Below the pieces are notes generated by a model, which saw only the letters and a program-made list of their open reading frames with translations, was not told the origin of the DNA and searched no databases. The position numbers and the translations under genes were made by a program. From the NCBI GenBank assembly GCA_050948905.1, contig JBMNES010000001.1:821448-885447 (forward strand): a stretch of 64,000 bases of DNA, in the 5' to 3' direction. The DNA comes from Armatimonadota bacterium. Its GTDB lineage: Bacteria > Armatimonadota > UBA5829. Below, in pieces: positions 7,788-16,637 of the stretch (within the stretch, counting starts at the first letter, position 1; every line of letters begins with the position of its first letter).

Positions 7788-10310
7788 TTAGTGCGATTTG
7801 GACAGCTTGATCGGCCCGGCCATCCTTATGCCAGGTGCGGTGAAAACCACCGTGCCCGACATCGAATAACCCTGAGTCCTCCGAACGACCCTGGTGTCGA
7901 CCGTCAGCGCGCCGAATTCCGACGATGTCGCCTTCAGCGTAAACTGACCATTATTGTAGGTATATCTCGCCGGCACCGACTCGGAATCCTTGCCCGCGCT
8001 TATTTTCAGCGATGCGTTGCCCACACCGGTAGAAGATTGTTGCACATTCAAAGTAGTGAGCAGGGTTTTGCCTTTCAGTTGTGCAAATATCTCGCCGAGA
8101 TCGCAGCCCTGGGCTTTCGGGTTCTTTATTTGAGATACGTCCACATCAGAAAACACGGTGGTCCCGGTCCATTTGCCGCCGATTTCTTCCGGCAGAGGAG
8201 CTTCCGCCATTACGTCGTCGACAACGCCCTTGATATAGTCCTCACCCCATTGCGCCATAATATTATTTACAAAATCCGAAGCGCTGGCACCTAACGCTTC
8301 GGCGAGGCCTCGCAAATTGTTGGTGAACTGTTTTTTTGCGAAGTCGTGCAGCGATTCGCGCAGTGTTCCCTTAAAATTGGCCCAACCCGCGGCTGCACCT
8401 GTCTTAATGAGGTCTACAAGCTCTGCTCTGATGGCTTTGTTGGATTGATTGAGTGCAGCCAGCATAGCCTCCACCGAAGCCAGATGGGCTTTCTTCATGG
8501 GCATTTGCAAGCCTTGCTTTAATCCGGATTTGATAATAGCTTTTGTCTCGGAGGCTTCGAGATTAGCAGCAAGACCTGATACAAAGTTCCATGCCCTGTT
8601 TGCCGATAGCCAGCCGCCTTTCGCGAGACCTTTTGTAAAGGCCGGGAGTTGGGTGCCCTTAATAATGAGCTTGCTGCCGCCGAGGGCAGAACTGCCTATT
8701 TCTATTGCACCAATGACATAATCCGACGCGCTGGCGTCTCTGTTTGAAACCAGAGCGATGCCCTTACCCAGGCCGGTGAACATACCAGAAGCTGCTTTTG
8801 CGACCTTGCCGACTCCCCAGCTTGTCCAACCCTCGCCGACTACGGCTTCCACGCCTTTGCTGGTCACATACTCAGCGCCTTCGTCCCAGTAGTCGAAATA
8901 GTCTTTGGCGTCGCGCAGAATTTTTGACCCAGACTTGTTGGCCTCCCAATTTTTGACGATCTGCATTGAGTTGGCCTTCATATCCTCCCAAATTTCAGAG
9001 CACGAGTTGCCATAGTATATGCCTGTGCCGACCCGACTGATATTTTTTACAGCCGCTCCGGCAACATCAAGCCCCGCTCCGAGAACGCTCTGCACGCCGT
9101 GTACAGAGCTTTTAACGCCGTTCCAGCCCTTAGACAGCCATCCTTCCTCTGATTTAGCAGAAGCGGGAGTCGATAACGGCGCCCTGGCAGCGAGATAGGC
9201 ATTGGTATAATTATTCGGGGGTTCTGCGGCGTAGGCGCAATTGCCAGGTCTGCCCAAGTCCGTCACCTCGATCAGCTTGTCTTTCGGCACAGAGCTTAGA
9301 TACGCCTCAAAATCTGCGCTAAACTTGTCGAATTTCTCCAGATACTCCTTTGTGAACTCCAGGCTCTTAGCGTCGAGATATTTGTTCGGTTTGATCTCCG
9401 CCAGCTTCTGCTTAAGATCAGGCATCGACTTTCGCATAAAATCGACTGCCGCATACGCGTAGTAATAATCCGCCGTGGCGAGTTGTTTGAAGCCGTAGTC
9501 GACCTTAGCCATACCGGCCTGCACATCTTTTATGCGGCCCTTCAGCGAGTCCAGTTTAGCCATATCGCTATCGAGCTTTTTGGTAGCATCGACGACCTTG
9601 GCGTTTTTAGAGCTGGACAACTGGTCGACAGCCATTCCCGCGCTCATCGCGATCGTATCGATATCCTGAAGATAAAGCGCAGCCAACTGCATCGCTTTGG
9701 CAGTTTTTGCATATTGCATGAAACTGCGTGTGAAGTCGTTTTCAGAGTCAGTTTTGATATTCTTATACTCGACTTCTGTAAGAGTCTCTAAAGTCCAGAT
9801 GCGCAGCAGTTCCCTGGTCACGTCCAATGCGAATGTTTTAGCTGACGGTTCGTTGTTATAACAAACCGTCATATAGCTCATAAGCTGATCTCGCAGCTTG
9901 CCGACATCATCCTTCAGAGTGAGTGCGTTTTTGGCGAGATCATCCGAAGCTGCAATGATCTGCTCGACTTTCTGTGCTTTGACTTCGTCGAATTCGTAAG
10001 TCTGCTGGCCTGCGGGCAGAGGCGCTCCGGCATAAAACGGGGAGCAGGAGAGCAGCATCCCCATATCGTCGCCTTTGACAAGAGCCGCCGCGGTCGCCTC
10101 ATCGGCCTTAAAGTCGAGTGTAAAAGGCTCTTTGACCTTCGGCCCTTTGTTTCCGAAGAGCAGAACCCCGCCCCAAATCACGGCGGTCACTAGTATTATT
10201 GCAACAAGAACAAGCAGCACCCTCTTCACAGTTACAATCTCCTTTTTCATGATGCGAACAAGCAAAGCAAGGTCGTTAATCAGATTATCGCCTGAAACTA
10301 TCAAGCGCAT
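7788..10310 (-). CDS. Large hypothetical membrane-anchored secreted protein (820-840 aa; alternative start at 10250 MKKEIV), coiled-coil and Ala/Gly/Lys-rich, immediately upstream of lgt in the same orientation
   Basis: N-terminal TM VLLVLVAIILVTAVIWGGVLLF; no recognisable catalytic motif; 8-nt gap to lgt. Confidence 0.55.
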   Translation of the reverse strand: MRLIVSGDNLINDLALLVRIMKKEIVTVKRVLLVLVAIILVTAVIWGGVLLFGNKGPKVKEPFTLDFKADEATAAALVKGDDMGMLLSCSPFYAGAPLPAGQQTYEFDEVKAQKVEQIIAASDDLAKNALTLKDDVGKLRDQLMSYMTVCYNNEPSAKTFALDVTRELLRIWTLETLTEVEYKNIKTDSENDFTRSFMQYAKTAKAMQLAALYLQDIDTIAMSAGMAVDQLSSSKNAKVVDATKKLDSDMAKLDSLKGRIKDVQAGMAKVDYGFKQLATADYYYAYAAVDFMRKSMPDLKQKLAEIKPNKYLDAKSLEFTKEYLEKFDKFSADFEAYLSSVPKDKLIEVTDLGRPGNCAYAAEPPNNYTNAYLAARAPLSTPASAKSEEGWLSKGWNGVKSSVHGVQSVLGAGLDVAGAAVKNISRVGTGIYYGNSCSEIWEDMKANSMQIVKNWEANKSGSKILRDAKDYFDYWDEGAEYVTSKGVEAVVGEGWTSWGVGKVAKAASGMFTGLGKGIALVSNRDASASDYVIGAIEIGSSALGGSKLIIKGTQLPAFTKGLAKGGWLSANRAWNFVSGLAANLEASETKAIIKSGLKQGLQMPMKKAHLASVEAMLAALNQSNKAIRAELVDLIKTGAAAGWANFKGTLRESLHDFAKKQFTNNLRGLAEALGASASDFVNNIMAQWGEDYIKGVVDDVMAEAPLPEEIGGKWTGTTVFSDVDVSQIKNPKAQGCDLGEIFAQLKGKTLLTTLNVQQSSTGVGNASLKISAGKDSESVPARYTYNNGQFTLKATSSEFGALTVDTRVVRRTQGYSMSGTVVFTAPGIRMAGPIKLSKSH

Positions 10311-10465
10311 TAGTCGATTAGTGTGAGATTATCGACACGCAGCACAATTTAGCGATGATGGCAGATTAAATAAATAACGGGAACACGGGTTTGGCATAAT
10401 GCGTAGTAATAGATGAAGATCGAACTGAAATCATCTTCTTCTCCTTTCACCTCCTTCCTCTGACC

Positions 10466-10497
10466 CTGGCTTTGAGACCGGCCGGGGTCTTTTTTTG
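10466..10497 (+). terminator. Hairpin AGACC-GGCCGG-GGTCT followed by T7, plus-strand oriented, with no annotated plus-strand gene upstream
   Basis: Stem-loop plus TTTTTTT tract read in the sequence. Confidence 0.4.
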
Positions 10498-10499
10498 TC

Positions 10500-11798
10500 T
10501 CACATACGCTCGACAATTAAGGGTGGCACGTGAGCCGAATCAGCGAGGAGATAGCAGCCCTTTATAATCTCTTCAGCCTGATGTATTTTGGATTCGTCGC
10601 TGCCGTGAATGGTCGCGATCGTGTCCCCAATCTCCACTTTATCGCCGATCTTCTTTTCTACGACCACACCTGCAACCGGATCTATTCGATCCTCTTTGCG
10701 CTGCCTGCCTGCGCCTAACGCGGAGGCCGCCTTACCGACACCCGCTGTGTCTATTTCGCTGACCACGCCTGCCGATTCTGCTGTCACATCTTTAATAATC
10801 CTGGCCTCTCCCATTAATGCGGGATTATACACAACGTCCGCATCTCCGCCCTGCGCACGGATGATTTGGCCGAATTTCCCTAAAGCCGCGCCACTGAATA
10901 GAGCATTTTTAGCCAAACTCCTGGCCGTTTCTATGCAACATTCAGGGTCCGACAGGTTGAGCACTGCTGCGCAAAGTTCTATGCAAAGCTGCGTCAAGTC
11001 CGCTGGGCCATGACCGGAGAGCGTATCAATCGCCTCCCGCACCTCCAGAGAATTGCCGACAGCACGACCGAGGGGCTGGTTCATATCCGTGATAATAGCC
11101 CCCACTTTTCGGTTTAAATTTCTGCCAATGGAGATCATCGTGCCAGCCAGTTCCCTCGCGTCGTCGAGGTCCTTCATAAAAGCGCCGTTTCCTACTTTAA
11201 CGTCCAGCAGTATCACATCCGCCCCACACGCGATTTTTTTGCTCATGATGCTGGCCGAGATAAGGGGGATGCTGTCGACTGTAGCGGTGACGTCTCGCAG
11301 GGCGTAGATCATCTTGTCTGCTGGGGCCATATCGGCAGTCTGGCCGGCTATAGCGGCTCCGATTTTGTTGATTTGCTTAATAAAACCGTTAAGCGAGAGT
11401 GAGGTATTAAACCCGGGGATGGATTCCAGCTTGTCGACAGTGCCGCCTGTAAAACCCAGCCCTCTGCCTGACATCTTCGGCACTTTCAGGCCACAGGCCG
11501 CCAGCATCGGCACTATCACCAGAGTGGTCTTATCCCCTACCCCGCCAGTGCTGTGCTTGTCGACCTTAATACCCTTTATCTTCGACAGATCTAGCGCATT
11601 GCCGCTGTCGACCATTGCAGAAGTAAGTTCGGCAGTCTCAGCAAAGTTCAAGCCGCGGATATAGGCGGCCATCAAAAACGCCGACATCTGATAATCAGCG
11701 ATCTCACCGGCAGTATATCCAAGCACCAATCGTCGAATATCCTCGCCGGAAAGCTCTAAACCGTCTCGTTTGGCGGCTATTATGTCCGGTATTGTCAT
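10500..11798 (-). CDS. deoA: Thymidine / pyrimidine-nucleoside phosphorylase
   Basis: HSTGGVGDKTTL motif; 432 aa; typical N-terminal dimerisation segment. Confidence 0.85.
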   Translation of the reverse strand: MTIPDIIAAKRDGLELSGEDIRRLVLGYTAGEIADYQMSAFLMAAYIRGLNFAETAELTSAMVDSGNALDLSKIKGIKVDKHSTGGVGDKTTLVIVPMLAACGLKVPKMSGRGLGFTGGTVDKLESIPGFNTSLSLNGFIKQINKIGAAIAGQTADMAPADKMIYALRDVTATVDSIPLISASIMSKKIACGADVILLDVKVGNGAFMKDLDDARELAGTMISIGRNLNRKVGAIITDMNQPLGRAVGNSLEVREAIDTLSGHGPADLTQLCIELCAAVLNLSDPECCIETARSLAKNALFSGAALGKFGQIIRAQGGDADVVYNPALMGEARIIKDVTAESAGVVSEIDTAGVGKAASALGAGRQRKEDRIDPVAGVVVEKKIGDKVEIGDTIATIHGSDESKIHQAEEIIKGCYLLADSAHVPPLIVERM

Positions 11799-11804
11799 AG
11801 TGGC

Positions 11805-12255
11805 TTAAGTATATCAGCTCGGTTGGCCGTTGTCATTCCGCAGGATGACGAAAAAATAACGCGAAAGCGCGAAAGAAGCGAAAGCCAGAAATAATGGATG
11901 TGCTATCGTAATTTGGGTGGCCAGAGAATGCTTGATCGGACTTCGAACATCAGACCTCGGATATCGAAGAGAAAATGCAGTGGCCGGGCCTCTGTCCCGG
12001 CCATCTTCTGGCTACGAGGCGGCGATTCGGAGATCACCACCTATCAATTTATGAGAACCGACAACCGTGAACCGTAAACCGAAAACCGAAAAAGCAGATT
12101 TCTCGCTGCGCTCGAAATGACATAGGGTTGCGACGTGATCCTGCGACTTCGCGCAGGATGACATAATTGGAGGATGGAAGTTAGAGGTTAGAGGTTAGAG
12201 GTTGGTGAGGCGGCGATTCGGAGATCGCCGCCTATCTACAGGCAAGATCGCCTAA
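11805..12255. repeat. Composite REP/MITE-like intergenic repeat cluster (site 1). Modules: GTCAT-hairpin units, a ~130-nt unit shared with site 3, a GGCCGG..CCGGCC hairpin, GGCGGCGATTCGGAGATCGCCGCC palindromes, an (AACCG)n tract and (GTTAGAG)3
   Basis: Direct sequence comparison with 18962-19175, 16330-16575, 21668-21808, 38975-39175, 43495-43745 and 49085-49170. Confidence 0.8.
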
Positions 12256-12259
12256 CTTA

Positions 12260-13147
12260 TTACAGCGCCTCGGGTTTGCCGCTTTGGGTCGAACGCTCTG
12301 CTGCGTCAAGCATCGCGGTGACCTCCAGCGCGTCTTCCAATGAAGCCGCGGGTTCGGCTCCGTTGAAGAACTCCACTACTTTAATGAGTTGATCCGGATA
12401 CAGCCTGCTGTTATCGCAGACATACGGCGCGGCCTTGCCTTTTTCTCGCAGGCAGCCGCCATAAGCCGACGAACCTTCGGTGAGCTCCACTATGCCCCTG
12501 CGATTGTTCGGGTATTCGATCGTACATACAACCCCGGCTTTATCTCTTCTGGCAAAGACTCCGATAGCCCCCTGGCCCATCGCCCTCTCCAGCATCTCGA
12601 ACGCGTGCACTCCATACCAGACTATCGAGCTACCCGCAGGCGCCTTCCCCAACGCGCCGTAAGTATAGGCATAATCCGCATTGGGGATAGCTTTGCACGA
12701 CTCAATCAGCCCCGGCACGAATCGTAGCGACGATGCTGAAAATACCCTAAGGTTGTTCTCTTTAGCCAGTTTATATATTGCGCGAGCGTTCGTTGTGTTA
12801 TCCGCCATCGGCTTGTCGAGGAAGATCGGCTTTCCCAAAGGCACGCACTTGCGGAAATATTCCAGATGATATGCGGGGTCATTGATTTCGAGCATAATAG
12901 CCTCGCATTCGGCCACTGCCTCGTCGAAATCTTCGGTCACCGTCACGCCCCATTCTTCCAACTGCTTTTGGCGCCCGTCCAGCCCGTTTTTATCCTGAAA
13001 CGGGGTCTCGAACCTCATACAACTGATAACGCGAGCGCCGTCCACCTTTTGATCAGCAGCGACATCCGGCGCCTGCAAGCACTTCGTAAACGCAACCGAA
13101 TGGCTGGTATCCAGCCCCACCATACCGATTCTGATTTCTCCAGACAT
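12260..13147 (-). CDS. Gfo/Idh/MocA family oxidoreductase (NAD-binding)
   Basis: IRIGMVGLDTSHS Rossmann N-terminus; family core motifs. Confidence 0.7.
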   Translation of the reverse strand: MSGEIRIGMVGLDTSHSVAFTKCLQAPDVAADQKVDGARVISCMRFETPFQDKNGLDGRQKQLEEWGVTVTEDFDEAVAECEAIMLEINDPAYHLEYFRKCVPLGKPIFLDKPMADNTTNARAIYKLAKENNLRVFSASSLRFVPGLIESCKAIPNADYAYTYGALGKAPAGSSIVWYGVHAFEMLERAMGQGAIGVFARRDKAGVVCTIEYPNNRRGIVELTEGSSAYGGCLREKGKAAPYVCDNSRLYPDQLIKVVEFFNGAEPAASLEDALEVTAMLDAAERSTQSGKPEAL

Positions 13148-13190
13148 TATCTATCCTCCAGGGCAATCTGCATCTGACGAAAGGTTAGGC

Positions 13191-14237
13191 TCAAGCGGCG
13201 CATTTGTCAAGCGCCTGCCTGATTCTATCGATAGCCTCTTTTACCTCGTCCTTGTCAGTGTGTCTGCAAGTGACCATTCTAACAGCCTTCGGAGCGCGTG
13301 GGCTTACTATCACGCCGGCATCGCCGAGCTTTGCTATGATTTCCTCAGTGGAAAGGCCAGTGCCGGTGTGGTCGACGTTGATGATATTGGTCTGCACTAT
13401 ATCCATATCGACTGATAAGCCAGGAATGGTGTTCAGACCTTCGGCCAGCAATCTGGCGTTGTCGTTATCCTCAGCCAGTCTGTCGATCATTTTTTCAAGC
13501 GCGATTATACCAGCAGCCGCGATAACCCCGGCCTGCCTCATTCCTCCGCCGATTCGTTTTCTGTGGAACCTGGCGCGCTCGATGAACTCGGTGCTGCCAG
13601 CCAAAATGGAGCCGACCGGGCAGCATAGGCCTTTTGATAGACAGAATTGAATGGAGTCGACCTCCGCCGCATATTCCGACGCCGGCACCCCGGCCGCTAT
13701 CGCTGCGTTGAATATCCGTGCGCCGTCGAGGTGAATCGCGAGACCGTGGTCTCGCGCTACTGAGCAAAGTTGTTTATGCAAATCCAGAGGAGTCACCCGG
13801 CCGCCGCTGCGATTGTGTGAGTTTTCCAAACACAGCAGGCGCGGGGTGGCGTAGTGGACATCAGGTTCACGTATGGTCTCCGATAGCACACGCGGGTCGA
13901 TAAGCCCGTTATTGCTTGGTACAGGCAAAGGGAAGAACCCAGCCACGCTGGCCAGCCCGCCGCCTTCGTTGCAGAAAATATGCGCCGTCGGATCGACCAG
14001 CAACGCCTCGCCAAGCCCGCTTGAGTGTGCCATAAGAGCGACCAGGTTTCCCATAGTGCCGCTTGCCACGAACAAGGCGGCCTGCTTGCCGATCTTTTGC
14101 GCGGCCAGTTTTTCGAGCTGGGCCACAGTTGGGTCCTCACCGTAAACGTCGTCGCCGAGCGGCGCATTTCGCATAGCATCAAGCATTTCTTCGGTGGGCA
14201 GGGTCTGTGTATCGCTGCGAAAGTTGAGTATCTCCAT
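13191..14237 (-). CDS. ltaE: Low-specificity L-threonine aldolase (PLP-dependent)
   Basis: FRSDTQTLPTEEMLDAM and DDVYGEDPTV N-terminus typical of the threonine aldolase family. Confidence 0.8.
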   Translation of the reverse strand: MEILNFRSDTQTLPTEEMLDAMRNAPLGDDVYGEDPTVAQLEKLAAQKIGKQAALFVASGTMGNLVALMAHSSGLGEALLVDPTAHIFCNEGGGLASVAGFFPLPVPSNNGLIDPRVLSETIREPDVHYATPRLLCLENSHNRSGGRVTPLDLHKQLCSVARDHGLAIHLDGARIFNAAIAAGVPASEYAAEVDSIQFCLSKGLCCPVGSILAGSTEFIERARFHRKRIGGGMRQAGVIAAAGIIALEKMIDRLAEDNDNARLLAEGLNTIPGLSVDMDIVQTNIINVDHTGTGLSTEEIIAKLGDAGVIVSPRAPKAVRMVTCRHTDKDEVKEAIDRIRQALDKCAA

Positions 14238-14408
14238 GATGGCCTCGGTTTGTTGGTCTAATTCAGATGAAAATTATATCACAGCACATAAAAAGCCACG
14301 TACGGCCGGAACAGTTTTGACCTCAATATGATTTTAGTTTTTTCGGGTGTCGCGTTTCCCTTTCCCTTCCCGGCAGGAATCATCGACACGTTCCGCGAAG
14401 GCATCGAT

Positions 14409-15137
14409 ATGAGAACCGTAATTTTATCCATTGTGGCAACGTTTTTATTGGGGTGTATGTGTATGAGCGATGCTGATCTCAGGCCGATTTACCGGTGCCC
14501 TAAAATAGACAAGGCTCCGGTGATAGACGGCAATCTCGATGACGAGGCTTGGAAAGTAGCTCCCCCTGTGCAGCTAGTCCTCTCCGAAACCGGAAAGCCC
14601 GCCACAAAGCGCACAATCGCGAGGATGTGTTGGGACGATCAGAACCTGTATATCTCATTTGACTGTGACGACGAAGACCTTTGGAACGATTATAAAGAGC
14701 GGGATGATCCTGTTTATAACGAAGAGGTCGTGGAGGCGTTTTTATCTCCGGATTGCAGCCTTAAGCACTATTATGAGATAAACGTAAGTCCTCGCAACGT
14801 GGTCTTTGATGCTTCCATATACGATCCTGTCAACGGCTCACCGCAACCCCCGACTTCCACGGCCTGGGATTGTGTTGGGTTACAGACGGCTGTGATAGTC
14901 GATGGCACGTTGGATTGTCGCACAGATAAAGACAAGGGCTTTAAGGCGGAATTAGCTATACCGTTCGCTGGATTGGGCAGAGATACGCCGAAGTCCGGGG
15001 AGCGATGGCGGGGCAATTTGTTCAGAATCGACCTCAGCCCGAAGCCCGCCGAGTTTCAGGCATGGTCGCCTACCCTCGTCAAGCCTGCGGCATTTCATAT
15101 CCCGGACAGATTCGGGACTATATTCTTTGTGAAGTAG
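14409..15137 (+). CDS. Lipoprotein with carbohydrate-binding family 9-like (CBM9/DOMON-like) domain
   Basis: Lipobox LLGC; DGNLDDEAWKVAPP and QNLYISFDCDDEDLW motifs resembling CBM9. Confidence 0.55.
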   Translation: MRTVILSIVATFLLGCMCMSDADLRPIYRCPKIDKAPVIDGNLDDEAWKVAPPVQLVLSETGKPATKRTIARMCWDDQNLYISFDCDDEDLWNDYKERDDPVYNEEVVEAFLSPDCSLKHYYEINVSPRNVVFDASIYDPVNGSPQPPTSTAWDCVGLQTAVIVDGTLDCRTDKDKGFKAELAIPFAGLGRDTPKSGERWRGNLFRIDLSPKPAEFQAWSPTLVKPAAFHIPDRFGTIFFVK

Positions 15138-15230
15138 CGGTCGAAATCTTGTCGTATTAGCGGAACTGCTCTACAATAAGGAACAATTGGTTGATAAGGC
15201 ACCTGATGGGTGCGCAATGAGGTAGATTAA

Positions 15231-16316
15231 ATGGGGAATTCGTCTGAACTGAGAGTCGGTATAATCGGCTGTGGCGGTATTGCCGGGGGCAAGCACCTGC
15301 CGAGTTTGACCAAAATCGACGCTGTGAATATGGTGGCGTTTTGCGACATCATCGAGAGTCGCGCTGCTGAGAAGGCGGCTGCATACGGCGTAGAAGGTGC
15401 ACGGATCTATACGGATTATCGCAAGATGCTGGAGGAGGAGAAACTCGACGTAGTTCATGTTTGTACGCCGAATAACAGCCACTCCGAGATAAGCGTAGCA
15501 GCTCTGGAAGCTGGGTGCCATGTGATGTGCGAGAAGCCGATGGCCAAAACAGCCGAGGGCGCGCGCAAAATGGTCGAAGCCGCGAAGCGAACCGGGAAGA
15601 AGCTGACTATCGGTTATCAGAACCGCTTCCGGGCGGACTCGAGATACCTGAAGGCGTTCTGCGATGAGGGCGGACTTGGAGAGATTTATTTCGCCAAGGC
15701 ACACGCGCTTCGAAGGCGCGCTGTGCCGACGTGGGGTGTATTCCTTGATGCTGATGCCCAGGGCGGAGGGCCGCTGATCGATATCGGGACCCACGCGCTT
15801 GACCTGACGCTGTGGATGATGAACAACTACGAGCCTGAGTTCGCGGTAGGCAACACATATCGCAAGCTCGGCGATCGAGAGAACTGCGCGAACCCGTGGG
15901 GGCCGTGGGACCCCAAAAAGTTCACGGTTGAGGACTCTGCTTTCGGATATGTCCATTTCAAGAATGGAGCCACCGTGTTTTTGGAGTCAAGCTGGGCTTT
16001 GAACGTGCGACAGAGCGGCGAGGCCATCTGCACCCTTTGCGGAACAGAGGCCGGCGCGGATATGTGGGACGGGCTGCAGATTAACGGGGAGAGATTCAGC
16101 AAGCTCTACGTGGAAAGAGCCCAGCTCGAACCGGGCAGTGTGCCGTTCTATTCCGGAGATGACGAAAGAGACGCCGATGTCGAGGCGAAAATGTGGATCG
16201 AAGCCATCCTGCAGGACAAAGCCCCGGTGGTATTGCCGGAGCAGGCCCTCGTGGTGACAGAGATTCTTGAGGCGATCTATAAATCCAGCGAGACCGGGAA
16301 ACCGGTTTACTTCTAA
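15231..16316 (+). CDS. Gfo/Idh/MocA family oxidoreductase
   Basis: LRVGIIGCGGIAGGKHLP Rossmann; EKPMA motif. Confidence 0.85.
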   Translation: MGNSSELRVGIIGCGGIAGGKHLPSLTKIDAVNMVAFCDIIESRAAEKAAAYGVEGARIYTDYRKMLEEEKLDVVHVCTPNNSHSEISVAALEAGCHVMCEKPMAKTAEGARKMVEAAKRTGKKLTIGYQNRFRADSRYLKAFCDEGGLGEIYFAKAHALRRRAVPTWGVFLDADAQGGGPLIDIGTHALDLTLWMMNNYEPEFAVGNTYRKLGDRENCANPWGPWDPKKFTVEDSAFGYVHFKNGATVFLESSWALNVRQSGEAICTLCGTEAGADMWDGLQINGERFSKLYVERAQLEPGSVPFYSGDDERDADVEAKMWIEAILQDKAPVVLPEQALVVTEILEAIYKSSETGKPVYF

Positions 16317-16329
16317 GGTTAATAAGCCT

Positions 16330-16575
16330 GCGGCCTGACTTCGCTTTGGCTGCAAATTATGTTAGTCCATAGGTGGCGATTTTCCTAATCGCCACCTATC
16401 TATATTTGCCTTTCCGCGCCGCCCTTTGTCATTCCGCGCGTAGTCGCGGAATCCACGGGGTTGCAAAAGCGAAACGAGATCCTGCGACTTCGCGCAGGAT
16501 GACTATAAATGGTGCGCAGGATGACAGTATTGGTTACGGCGAGTGTGTAGAGGCCGGTTTCTATCCCGGCCCGTT
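16330..16575. repeat. REP/MITE-like repeat cluster (site 2): perfect 13-bp hairpin ATAGGTGGCGATT/AATCGCCACCTAT, GTCATTCCGCGCGTAGTCGCGGAATCCAC, GATCCTGCGACTTCGCGCAGGATGAC, GGCCGG-TTTCTATC-CCGGCC
   Basis: Inverted repeats read directly; modules shared with the other sites. Confidence 0.8.
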
Positions 16576-16637
16576 TGTATATCAAGGAGAAAGTGGCCGA
16601 GACGGAGATCGGCCACTACATTTTCGACGTTCCTTGC

